This document shows positions 24,384-34,884 of a stretch of DNA of 64,000 nucleotides, in pieces. Positions within the stretch are counted from its first letter, which is position 1, and the number at the start of each line of letters is the position of its first letter. The notes under the pieces were generated by a model. That model ran no database searches. It saw nothing but the letters and a program-made list of their open reading frames with translations, and was not told the DNA's origin. Both the position numbers and the translations under genes were made by a program. The DNA is from a virus (lineage: Duplodnaviria > Heunggongvirae > Uroviricota > Caudoviricetes), in IMG/VR virus record IMGVR_UViG_3300037400_003880; one strand, written 5' to 3'.

Positions 24384-26580
24384 TATTCTTCAACCTCCAC
24401 TCTTTCTGTTGCCGATTCAATAATCCAGCCCTTATCATCAAGAACATTGATTTTCTCAAACAGCGGCCACTCAGTGTTCTTATACTTCTTCGGAATGAAA
24501 TTATCCCCACGTCGCATACCAGTTACAATTAACTTAGTACCTCTCTGGAACCAGCTCTTTTCAACAACGTGCTTTACGCCATCTGAACCTCTTTCAGAAA
24601 TCTGCTTATCCCAAGCTGCAAACTGATTCTTCCATACCTTTACCGTAATGACACCAGTAGGTGTTAAAAGAATAATTGAACTTCTGTTCTTATCCTTGTC
24701 AATTACAGTTCCTGCAATTCGAGTAATCTTAAACATAGTGATTTCAGAACCATCTTTTGTTGTAAAGGAACGCTCAACTTCTGGCTCTTCAGGAAGTTTC
24801 ATAGCATCGCTAACTCCATAAATATCATTTCTCAAATTTTGCAGCTCATGGTCATGATAGTAAAAACCAAGACTATCCATTTCCCATTTAGATAAATTTC
24901 CTTCTGCATATTTATCCCAAATTTCTTTCAATAATTTCTCATTCAAATTATTTAGGATTTCTTCTTGATATTCCTTCATCCAAGCTCGAACTGGATCCAT
25001 TCCCTTCTTATAAATATTGTCCCACAAATTTTGCTTAATTTTTGCAAATTGTTCATTCCCTTCGACTCTAACTTCTTCAAGTTTTGTATCGTCATAATTC
25101 TCCAAATAAAAACGCATTGCAATTGTATCTAAGTCATAATAGATTCCGTCTTTAAAACTCTTAAGATACTTATTAAAATTAAACAACTTGCACTCAAATT
25201 GAAGCTCTGGCGGAATCATATCTTTTGCAATAAGCATCTGCATATTCTATAAGGTAATTCTTTTTTTCTTATCTGATACGCTTTCAAGATATAATTCCAT
25301 AACTTTTTTTCTGTCACCATTATAAAGTTCATCAAATGCACCCGCCTTTATCAAGGCAATCATTTGGAGCTTATTTACCTTAATCTTTTCCAAGAAAGTC
25401 TCAATTGAATCATAAGGTCTGTTCTTAAAAATGTCATAAACAAGTTGAGTGCCAATTCTGTTGATACCTTTCATACCATAAATGATTGCGTTTCTGTTAA
25501 TATCCGGTTTGAAAATTAAGTCGGAAAGGTTAATATCCGGAGGAAGTACTGTAATGCCTTTTGTCTTAGATTCACCTATCGCCGCACTAATCTTACCATA
25601 GTTAACGCTCTTATTTTTAACCTTAACGTCTTCATCATCATTTACGTCATCAGCATCAAGCAGGTCGGCACCACCGGCATTAACAATTAAGCACGCACAG
25701 TTCCAATAAATTGCAGGATAATTTGTTGCAAGATATAGAGTCTGAATACCTACAAATGAATAAGCAAGAGCATGAGGTTTTGCAAATGCGTAACCCATTT
25801 GAGGTCCCATTGTTGTTTCCCAAACATACTCTCCAAGATTCCTGTTTGGGCATTGAGATACGAACTTCTCTTTTAAAATAGGAATTTCTTCCATATGCTT
25901 TTTTGCGACTGTCTTTCTTGCCGCATTCGCTTCTTTCAAAGAAAAATGAGCTAACTTTTCGTCCATACAAACCATCATCAAATCTTCCTGAGATGCTGGG
26001 ACACCATAGTTTGGAAGATAATATGGTTCAAGAATTTTAATTTCCTCTTCGCTTAATCCTCTGTTCTTTACTTCTTGATACCAATAATTCATATTTGACT
26101 TCAATCTACAATATCTGTCAAGAGGGCGTTCTTTACCTTTTTCTCCCATCAGTCTCATAAGTGCATTTGCGGAAGTAAGCTCTGCCGGGTTCTTTGGCTT
26201 TATCATTTTTGCAGTTGCTAATCCTACACCAGTGCTAAACTGGAAGACATCAAGAACTTCACCTTTACCCAGAGCATCCCATAATCTCTGGTCATCAAGA
26301 TTAAGTTTAGATGGGTGAAGATAACTGTCATAGATTTCTCTTAACTTCTTTTCCTTTGGAACAATTCCATCCTTCTGCATCAACTCAATACAAGTCGTAA
26401 TTTTATCACAGATTTCAGTTACAAGAAAGTCATACTTAACGTCTCCCATTGCCTCGGCGTCATGAAGAGAAAACTGTGTTGTCAAGTCTCCATTTGGGCT
26501 CCTCATAATCGCACCAGTATCAGTCGGATTATTATTATAAAGAATAACACCAGATGCGTGCTGACCTCTTTTATTTACTA
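24383..26580 (-). CDS. dnaE: DNA polymerase III alpha subunit, exon 3
   Basis: (L)VNKRGQHASGVI, KYDFL, GYAFAKPHALAYS, OB-fold RIAGTVIDK; one internal TAG at 25247-25249. Confidence 0.93.
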
Positions 26581-27787
26581 CGGTTATCTTGATTTTTCAA
26601 TCAAGCCCTGACTATCTTTTAATTAGTATAAAATACTAATAATCCCATTTCGGTTCTCAGCCACATTGTTGCCTCCGTGGCGACACGTATCAATAGTGTC
26701 CCTACTCTCTGTCTCACCAGAGATAGTCGATACAGGCTTAACTTTTTCTTAACGGATATTTAAGAGTATTATCATAATAATTTTTTCCATAATTTATATT
26801 AGATACAACAGATGGGTCGCATCCAACTAAATCAGCAATTTGTCTATTGTTAAGTTTATTTTCTTTTAATAAAGATTTAATTATATTTGCTCTATCAATA
26901 AGCTCTTGCTTTTTACTACTGTTTTGTCTAATTGGATAGTCAATATCTCTTTTATGTGCTAAACCTTTATTAATCCTATAAACCACATCTTCATTTATTC
27001 CATAAATCTTAGCAATTTCTGCATTACCTTTATTTTCTTTTAATAAAGAAATTATTTCATCAACAATTTCTTCAGAAATTTTAATGTTTTGTTTTCTTAA
27101 AGGATAAATTAAATTATCGTTATGATATTTTTTACCAGAATTAATCATACAAATTAAACTTAAAGAAACATTATATTTATTTGCTATATCTGTAAGCTTG
27201 ATATTTTCATCTTTTATTAGACGGTATACTTCCTGAATTTCTTCATTGGAAAATGTTTGACGGATATCTTGATAGTCTTCATTATTTTTTCTTTGTTGAC
27301 CACCAGTTGTTAAATTATATCCGTTGTCTCTAACGAAAGATTTCTTTTCTTTTATCCAATATTGTTCTCTTTCATCTAATAAAGATTTGTCAATAACTTG
27401 TTCTAATAGAACTAACTCAAAATTTTCAATACCATATTCTCTAATTTTTTTATGGAATAAACAATTATAATCATTACAAGTTTCATGATAAGCAGAAGAT
27501 AAATGTAATCTATGTCTTTCTTCAATAGACTTAGAAGTTTGTCCTACATACCATTTACCTGTTATTTTATTTTGATAACCATATATATAATTCATTATTA
27601 TCACCTCTCATTAATAAGGTAATAAGATGATAAATACTCTTCAATAAAATCGTGAAGAAAAGTTTTTCCCACGGGATTACCATACCTATGTCTCACGACA
27701 GGAGCTTCAGGCTTCCCCGTTAGCTAAGATTAAATCTTAACCCCATTGATTAATGGAAAAGGTGTTTAAGGGCCAGTTTCTTCTTCG
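26581..27787 (-). mobile_element. Group I intron 2 in dnaE
   Basis: P1 AAGGGU/GCCCUU with U.G at the splice site; P CTAACGGGGAAG, Q GGTAATCCCGTG, R CCTGTATCGACTA, S AAAGATAGTC; ends in G; splicing restores IEG-L-VNKRGQHASG. Confidence 0.92.
26738..27604 (-). CDS. Intron-encoded GIY-YIG homing endonuclease with repeated HTH-like C-terminal domains
   Basis: YIYGYQNKITGKWYVGQT..IEER; repeated ..INxGK/YPxR units; lies between the Q and R elements. Confidence 0.9.
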   Translation of the reverse strand: MIIMNYIYGYQNKITGKWYVGQTSKSIEERHRLHLSSAYHETCNDYNCLFHKKIREYGIENFELVLLEQVIDKSLLDEREQYWIKEKKSFVRDNGYNLTTGGQQRKNNEDYQDIRQTFSNEEIQEVYRLIKDENIKLTDIANKYNVSLSLICMINSGKKYHNDNLIYPLRKQNIKISEEIVDEIISLLKENKGNAEIAKIYGINEDVVYRINKGLAHKRDIDYPIRQNSSKKQELIDRANIIKSLLKENKLNNRQIADLVGCDPSVVSNINYGKNYYDNTLKYPLRKS

Positions 27788-28139
27788 ACCCTTCAATTGA
27801 TTCAATAATTTCTAGAAGACCCGGATACTTACTAATTTCATCAATGAAAGCTTGAATCGGCGCTCTACCCTTTTCTGCATTACCGTTCACAACATCACTA
27901 ATGCTCCATAAGAATCCACGCTCTTGTGGAATTAGTCCACTAAGATATTGTGTTGTTTCAACTTCCAAACCATTCGGATATTCTTCTGAACGGTATCCAC
28001 GACCTGCTGCCGCAATTGCTGAACGCGTACCTTCTGTGCCAAAAGTACAAACCTGAATTACGTTTAGTTCGCCACGTTCTCTCCGAATTGCTTCAAAAAT
28101 TTTCTTTCTTTTAGATGGGGAAAGGTCTATATCAATATC
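27788..28139 (-). CDS. dnaE: DNA polymerase III alpha subunit, exon 2
   Basis: DIDIDLSPSKR...QVCTFGT...IESIEG; 352 nt, phase-compatible with exons 1 and 3. Confidence 0.92.
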
Positions 28140-28997
28140 CTTTTTACACCCTCGGTTTCCCGATATTTATTAGGGGAATAGACTATCTCTTTAGGACTTT
28201 CGTCCATAATAGGCACTACGGAATGGCATTCATCTCCACTCCTCTTAGAGATTTTACAATCTCAATTTAGTCGTTACACTTTTTAAACTCTAATCTATAT
28301 CCTCTGGACTTATAATTTTTTCTCATTCCACTAATGCTACAATTGAACTTTTCATTGGCATATTCTGCCGCAGCCTTAACGGATTGGAAAGATTCAATTT
28401 CTACATTGTCACTTTCTCTTATTAAGATGCACTCTCTGAAATTCCTTGTAGAACTCATTGTGTTATAACTATCATAAAGATTATTTATTCGATTACTCCA
28501 CTCCAAATTCTCTACTTTATTATTTTGTCTATTTTTATCTTTATGATTCACTTCAGGTAAATTATTTGGATTTGGAATGAAAGCCTCTGCAACTAATCTG
28601 TGAATTAAGAAATGGTAAGTTATATTATCTTTACATAGTTTAATATTTTCATAACCAGATTTTTGATACCAAGTTTTCATTATTCTTGGTTCTTTAAATT
28701 TGTAACTGATAACTTTTCCATCATCAGTTATTGTATATCCAGGAAAATCTTTGATTTCTTTTTCCATTCTATCACCTCGTTTATAAAGTATTAGAATGAG
28801 ATAAAATCTTCAACTTTTCCAGAAAAATAGATAAAGTTTAACTTAGCACGGTATTAACTGCTATCCTTCTCAGGACCGTAGTCTCTCTTACGAAGCTGCT
28901 TCGTGCATTGCCTTATTCCACTTCTACCGTTAGCCTTCAATTAAGAAGACACCGCTGAATGCGTTCACCTATTTTATACTGCCCAATATTAAAGTTT
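28140..28997 (-). mobile_element. Group I intron 1 in dnaE
   Basis: P1 ACUGCCU/GGGCAGU; P CTAACGGTAGAAG, Q AATACCGTGCTAAG, R TGTAACGACTA, S AGAGATAGTC; ends in G; splicing restores RVELP|DIDID. Confidence 0.92.
28267..28767 (-). CDS. Intron-encoded HNH homing endonuclease (NUMOD4-HNH type)
   Basis: GYTITDDGKV...IHRLVAEAFIPNPNNLPEVNHKDKNRQNNKVENLEW; stop overlaps the R element. Confidence 0.92.
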   Translation of the reverse strand: MEKEIKDFPGYTITDDGKVISYKFKEPRIMKTWYQKSGYENIKLCKDNITYHFLIHRLVAEAFIPNPNNLPEVNHKDKNRQNNKVENLEWSNRINNLYDSYNTMSSTRNFRECILIRESDNVEIESFQSVKAAAEYANEKFNCSISGMRKNYKSRGYRLEFKKCND

Positions 28998-30365
28998 AGG
29001 CAGTTCTACACGTTCTTTATTCAAGAATCTCCAATAAGGGAGTTCCCAAACTAGCGGATCAAGCTGAGTAATGCCTAATAGGTAGTTTGATAAGAAACAT
29101 ACAGAAGAACCACGTCCCGGACCTACGATTGAGCCGCACTCCCAGAACAAATTAATAAAATGCTGGAAAGTATTAAAATACTTGAAAAGACAATCTTCAA
29201 GCTTATCTCCAATTGTCTTAATTACATCTGCTTCAATTTCAAGTCTTTCAAAATATTCATTTTTACTTAACCTCTTTTTCTTAAGAGCATTAAGACATTC
29301 ATTGACCCAATATCTCTCTTGAATATTTTTACTACTAAGCAAACCGCTTAAAATAGGATACTTCTCTAAAAAGTCTATATCAAAATCATATTGAGCTTCA
29401 TAATCCTTAACCTCAACTTCCGGAATGATAGATGGTCTTTCAAGTTCAAAAGACTCAATTTTATCATAAATTTCCATTGAAGCCGCACACATTTTCTTAA
29501 ACTCATCTTCTGTAAAGGCAACTTTAAGATTTTCATACGCTTCATCATTATCCATCATATGCGCATCAAAATAAAATTCATCAACCTCTCTATCGCCTTC
29601 CTTTGAATTCAGATAAGCTTTATGAAGAGGACGCTCTTTTGCTGTCAGATAATGAGCATCGGAACCAATTACAATTTTCCTATTATATGCCTTTGCAATC
29701 ATTCCAACTCTTTTATTGAATTTAATTTGATCCTTTGATTGACCTGCGGCGACTTCAATATAAAAGTCTTCTCCAAACAAATCAATATTCCATCGAATAA
29801 ATTCGTCAATATCGCATTTGCACTGATAAGCTACTTCTGCGTCGTTCTGTCCTTCAGCTTCAATTAACTTCAAGACCCTTCCGCCTAAGAAACCACCAAT
29901 ACAAGCTGTTGTTGCAATTAATGAATTCGGATATTTCTCAACAATTGCTTTTAGTTCTGACATTTGAGTTGGAACTCTTGTCATACCACGAGCTGTAAAA
30001 CTATAATACCAAGCAGTTGAACTTAACTCTCTTAATGCCTTGTGCCCATCAGCATTTTTTGCAATTAAGATATAGTGCCAATATCTCTCAATATTCTCTC
30101 GGTTCTCAACTAGATAAATTTCATTTCCACACGCACATTTAAAATCTTCTGGAATTGCGCTGCTAGCCTTTAACTTCTTTTCTGCCTGTAACCACTTCAA
30201 ATGTCCACTTAAACATTCATGATCCGTTAATGCAAGTCCGCGCATTCCTAATCTTGCCGCTGTCTTAATCATGTCTGGAATCTTATTGATTGAGTCAATC
30301 AAACGAATGTTGCTATACTCACTGTGACTATGAGTATCAAATCTTGCTACTCCATTTAAGCTCAT
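28998..30365 (-). CDS. dnaE: DNA polymerase III alpha subunit, exon 1 (PHP domain; spliced product ~1305 aa)
   Basis: HSHSEYS, ALTDHE, GSDAHY, GPGRGSS, RFLNKERVELP. Confidence 0.94.
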
Positions 30366-30398
30366 TCAGTAGACCTCCCTTTCTTATTTTCTATATAT

Positions 30399-30427
30399 AT
30401 TATATCATATTTTTTGAAAAAAGTCAA
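30399..30427 (-). promoter_or_regulatory. sigmaA-type promoter of dnaE
   Basis: TTGACT-17-TATAAT with TG. Confidence 0.85.
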
Positions 30428-30455
30428 CACTTTAAATAGTGCTGACTTTCTCCTA

Positions 30456-30644
30456 TCAATTTAAAATTTCATCAATTTCTCCAATCATTTTCTTAGTGAT
30501 TGGATCCATAGAGGTACGATAATCATTTTCATATCTTGTCAACAGATGATCAATTTGATTAAGTTTATCTGCATATCTTTTACATCTTTTCAACAGACTA
30601 AACCAATTCTTTATCTTTTTAATACAAGTCATTCTGCTCACCAT
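30456..30644 (-). CDS. Small hypothetical protein
   Basis: Track ORF; true start probably MTCIKK. Confidence 0.5.
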   Translation of the reverse strand: MVSRMTCIKKIKNWFSLLKRCKRYADKLNQIDHLLTRYENDYRTSMDPITKKMIGEIDEILN

Positions 30645-30700
30645 TGTTTAACAAGAGTAACAATAACCCACTCATCGATCAATTTTGTTTTTATATACAT

Positions 30701-31393
30701 TCAATCCCCTCTTTTAAAGGTATATCCTTTGAACTCTTTCCCATCTTCAATTCTTTTTGCAATTGTATGCCTATCTATTTTTAATTCTTCCATTGCTTTT
30801 CTTAATGATGGGAAGATATGCTCTTTTCCATTTTTGTCAATAGCAATAATAGAAATGCCTTTACGTTTTAATGAGACATCTCCAGTGAAATTAGTAGAAA
30901 TTTCTTTATCATTATCATCTATAAAACAAAAAGTGTAACCCTTGCAAGAATAATTCCCCGGTTCTCCATGACAAATACGAGAAATATGAGCAACATTAGC
31001 GTTTAATTGTCTTGCCGCTTCATGAATGCTTTTATAGATTTTCTCTTCTTTCGTTGTCAAATTTATAGATTTGATTCTCTTGCTATTTTTTTCACTTCCA
31101 GAATTAATAGCCCCGCCATAATTCATATTATAACCATATCCATCCTGATAATGAGTATTCTTTTCTTTTATCCAATACTCTTCATATTTGTCTAAATCTT
31201 CATTCAAATATTCTCCTAAGATAGTCCATTCAAAATTTTCTTTTCCATATTTCTTTATGGCAGCATGAAAAATAATTTTTTCATTTTCAAGATGTTTTAA
31301 ATGTTCTTTTTTTCTTTCCTCAAGAGTTCTAGTGGTTTGACCCACATATCCTTTATTATTAATGAGATTTTTACAATAATAAATGTACCCCAT
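30701..31393 (-). CDS. Free-standing GIY-YIG homing endonuclease with NUMOD1-like repeats
   Basis: GYIYYCKNLINNKGYVGQT; YKSIHEAARQL and FPSLRKAMEEL units; no intron core found around it. Confidence 0.88.
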   Translation of the reverse strand: MGYIYYCKNLINNKGYVGQTTRTLEERKKEHLKHLENEKIIFHAAIKKYGKENFEWTILGEYLNEDLDKYEEYWIKEKNTHYQDGYGYNMNYGGAINSGSEKNSKRIKSINLTTKEEKIYKSIHEAARQLNANVAHISRICHGEPGNYSCKGYTFCFIDDNDKEISTNFTGDVSLKRKGISIIAIDKNGKEHIFPSLRKAMEELKIDRHTIAKRIEDGKEFKGYTFKRGD

Positions 31394-31445
31394 TTGTCAT
31401 CACCTCTGTTGATATGTGGGTAATTTTAATTTAATCTTCAATAAA

Positions 31446-31649
31446 TTAAACCCAACTTTTAATTAAAGTCACAATTACATAAGAATCTATAATTTCACCC
31501 TTGCTCTTCTTATCCTTCTTTACCATCTTATAGGACTTCAGCTCATATCCTTCGACATTTTCATCTGCCTTAGCTTTTTCAATGAGCGCTTTTGCCTCCT
31601 GTTCATCGTTAACTCTCCACTCTTCAGTTCTTTTGCAAAGTTCTCCCAT
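31446..31649 (-). CDS. Small hypothetical protein (67 aa)
   Basis: GGAGG RBS before MGELCKRTEEW. Confidence 0.65.
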   Translation of the reverse strand: MGELCKRTEEWRVNDEQEAKALIEKAKADENVEGYELKSYKMVKKDKKSKGEIIDSYVIVTLIKSWV

Positions 31650-31733
31650 TTTAAATCTTCCTCCTTTAATGTTTCCCAAGGGATTTCAACCCCATTTACT
31701 TTAATGCTAATTAAATCTATAACTTTATAATTA

Positions 31734-32063
31734 TCAAGAATCATTTGTCACTTTATCCAAATATTTCTTTCTGCTATTATCCATAGCTTTTATCAACTCA
31801 AAAGTCGCTATTTCACTATTTATAGTAAATAACCTATAATCATTTTTATAGCGTTTATTCCATATTTCGTGATATTTTTGTTCTGGAATTAGCTCTTTTC
31901 CACAACGCGGACAATATCTTAGAAGAATTTCAACAAAGTATTTAGTATCATCTATTTGATTAGATACACATAAAGAGAATCCTTCTTCCTATTTGTCAGC
32001 TATTGCGCCACAAAAGAAACAACAATCTTTATTATCAGGACCATCTAATATAGTTACTGGCAT
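31734..32063 (-). CDS. Small putative zinc-finger protein (109 aa)
   Basis: GGAGG RBS; CCFFCG...YCPRCG; one TAG; absent from the track. Confidence 0.6.
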
Positions 32064-32074
32064 TTTAGCCCTCC

Positions 32075-33826
32075 TTAAAAATCATAGTCATTCAATTCTT
32101 TAATTTCGATTTCGTCAACAAGAATCTGCGGCTTCCTATATCCACCCCATTCATTTATCTTTCCCTTACCTGCCGCGGCGATAGATAACTTTCCACTCTT
32201 TTGCTTAAGCTCTTCAATTAATTCTGTTGCTTTAAACTTAACGTAGGTAATCCCATTAAATTCAAAACGAATAGTATCACTATTCTTTCCAATAATAGAA
32301 TAACCACCAGGTTGCAAAGTAATATCCTCAACAACAATCATTGGCTCTTCATTACCTTGTCCCCACAATTTAGCGCCTCTGTCCATATCTTCAATAAGAT
32401 TCTTCAAGTAAGAGCAGTTACCCTTAACAACGAAGTCTGCTTCATAGAAGCCCTCATTAAAGTTTACATTTGCTAACTTCTCATTAGAGTATTCAAGCAA
32501 CTTATCAATATTGCTTTCTTTAATGCCAAAACCTGCGGCGTTACCATGACCTTCCACAAATTCCATTAGTCCGCTTTCAAGCAAGAACTTTCTAAAGTCT
32601 TTAAGCTCCGACTCGCCGCGTCCTCTAATAGAACCACGCAAATAGCCATCTTTGCTTATTCTACCCAGCATTACTGGCTTCTTATGATTAGCAGAAACGC
32701 CCATCGCACACAATCCAGTTAATGTATAAGGAATATCCATATCATCGGCATTGAGAATAAGAATCTTGTTTTTGTTCAAATCATTGTTTGCAATTTGAAT
32801 GTCTAATAAGTCAATTGCTTTGTCTCTTTCTCTGTTCTGGCGGGCCTTTGCATTAACACAGTTTCTTACAGCTTGAGTACAGATAGTCTCTTCCATACCT
32901 TTTTCTCCCCTCTTTGTTGAGGAAACTTTTAGGTCTGGAGTAATGAAGGCTTCAAACAATCTTGCCTTTTCCAAATCTGAACCAACACGAATAAGAGAGT
33001 TAATCAGCGGAGTGATATAAAATGCAATGCCAATTTGAGTAAGCGGCCCATCGCCAAGAGAAAACGACTATTTGGACACGAGTTCAGAAAAGAACTTATT
33101 TGTAATATTGTTCAATCCATACTCACAAAGGAATCTGTTCTCTACAGTCTCCATATTCATCATATCACTGATTTCTCCAAGCGCAACAAGATCAATATAT
33201 TCTCTTGCATAGTCTGTGCCGCGGCACTGGTCTATATAGCTAAGGAATTTATAGACAACGCCCACTCCACTAAGAGCTTTATTCTCATAGTTCTTGGAAA
33301 GCTGATTGTTTACAACAACTGCATACTCACTATAATGGTCTGCTTCATGGTGGTCAAGTACCAAAATATCATATCCCATTTCAGTAAGTATCTAATGCTC
33401 TATATAATCATTGCTGGAGCTATCGGGAAGGACAATTAAATCCCACTTCTTTTCTGGCGTAAAAATATCCATAAGGGTCCGGAGTCCATGCTCCTTTCCT
33501 TCCGGAACATGATAGTCAATTGTGAAATCAAAATCCTTCTTTAAATAGTCATTAAGATAGTTATAGAACAATGCAGAAGATGTATAGCCATCAACATCGG
33601 AGTCAATACAAAGATAAATCCTAGACCCCTGCTGCAAATGTTTCATCAGCAAGAAATATGCCTTCTCCATATTATCTAACTTAAGTGGATCAATCAAACA
33701 GTTAAAGCTCGGACGATAGAAATTCTATAGCTCCTCCTAATCCTCTGGAAGAATATTTCTATCTTTTAATAATTCAATTAAAAAGTCACTTGTTATATCG
33801 TGACTTGTTTTTCTAATGTACTTCAT
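32075..33826 (-). CDS. recJ: RecJ-like DHH ssDNA exonuclease (583 aa, 4 TAG=Gln)
   Basis: DSDVDG, PDSS, LDHH, ALGEISD, RGSIR, GHGNAAG motifs spread over three in-frame track ORFs. Confidence 0.9.
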
Positions 33827-34884
33827 CTTACCCAAACAGCCTCCTTATATAATTTCAAAAATGTTTCTTTTCCTCTATCTGTTGGCGAATCTTTTAAATT
33901 TAACAGATTTTTATAATCAAAGATATAACCCATTTGGCATCTTAGGCTGTACCTTCCACATATTTGATTTATTTTCTTATAATACTTTTCTCGTTCAATG
34001 TAATTTTCGCCTTCTTTATCAAATGCAATAAGAACTTTTTCAACACCCAAATTGAGCAATAATTCCATTTGATAAGCATGAACGCTACTGCCGCATACTG
34101 CAACACAAATATTATTTTCGTGCCCAAACATGGTATCATATTGAAGAACAGATTTCTCTGATTCTGCAACAATTGCCATTTTCATTCTTTGGATATTTTC
34201 CTTATTCATATTTAATCCATAAAGATTATATCCCAAGGGGTGCGCATACATTTTCCCCTCGATAATGACTGGCATATATTTTCCCATTTCCAAGTCTTCC
34301 TCATTAAGCGCACGGCCCCTAATTCCAATTAAGAAATTATCTTTATCATAATGAGGAATAATAATCTTATTCTGATCAATTGAATACCTGATTCCAAATC
34401 TTCTCATGACCTCTTCACTAATTCCATCATTTAACCATTCTGGTGTAGGATAGAAAGTGAAGGTATTTAGAATGGAGGGGTTAATATGAGGAATCACTAC
34501 TTCAATTTCTTTCTTATCATATGTCTCATACTCTGACTTATAAACTTGATAGAATCCTTCTTTCTGCTCAGGTTTATAATCTCCTGCAATTACCAATATA
34601 ATATCCTTATAAAAATTATAAGGAATATTTAGCAATTCATATCTACGCTTAAATAATTCAAAGATATTGAAGTTATCTCCACAATGAGTATAGCAATGAA
34701 ACTTCTTATTCTTCTTATAATAATACAATTTCAAACTTGCATCCGCCGGGTCTTCATTATGACATATCGTTTTAAATTGAATATATTCCTCTTTCTCTAT
34801 ATATTCATCACTCCCTAACTGGGTAACTAATTCTATTACCCTTTCTGGAGTGAGGTTATTTTCAATTTCTTTTAAATCTATCAT
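33823..34884 (-). CDS. dnaG: DNA primase (Zn-binding plus TOPRIM)
   Basis: ICH...HCYTHCG; IIIPH; ESEKSV; AFD; adjacent to the helicase. Confidence 0.85.
   Translation of the reverse strand: MIDLKEIENNLTPERVIELVTQLGSDEYIEKEEYIQFKTICHNEDPADASLKLYYYKKNKKFHCYTHCGDNFNIFELFKRRYELLNIPYNFYKDIILVIAGDYKPEQKEGFYQVYKSEYETYDKKEIEVVIPHINPSILNTFTFYPTPEWLNDGISEEVMRRFGIRYSIDQNKIIIPHYDKDNFLIGIRGRALNEEDLEMGKYMPVIIEGKMYAHPLGYNLYGLNMNKENIQRMKMAIVAESEKSVLQYDTMFGHENNICVAVCGSSVHAYQMELLLNLGVEKVLIAFDKEGENYIEREKYYKKINQICGRYSLRCQMGYIFDYKNLLNLKDSPTDRGKETFLKLYKEAVWVR

Noticed and set aside
24383-30365. Inteins or programmed frameshifts explaining the dnaE breaks
   Set aside because: Inserts contain stops and RNA core elements with phase-correct splice sites; no Cys/Ser...His-Asn intein ends.
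30701-31393. GIY-YIG as part of a fourth group I intron
   Set aside because: No P/Q/R/S elements or U/G splice junctions found in the flanks.
31538-31744. 68-aa ORF MILDNYKV...
   Set aside because: Overlaps the better-supported 31446-31649 gene by about 110 nt; it may be real but I cannot support it.
33035-33439. + strand ORFs opposite the replication genes (e.g. 33035, 21206, 30546, 45192)
   Set aside because: They overlap well-supported - strand genes and show no recognisable motifs.
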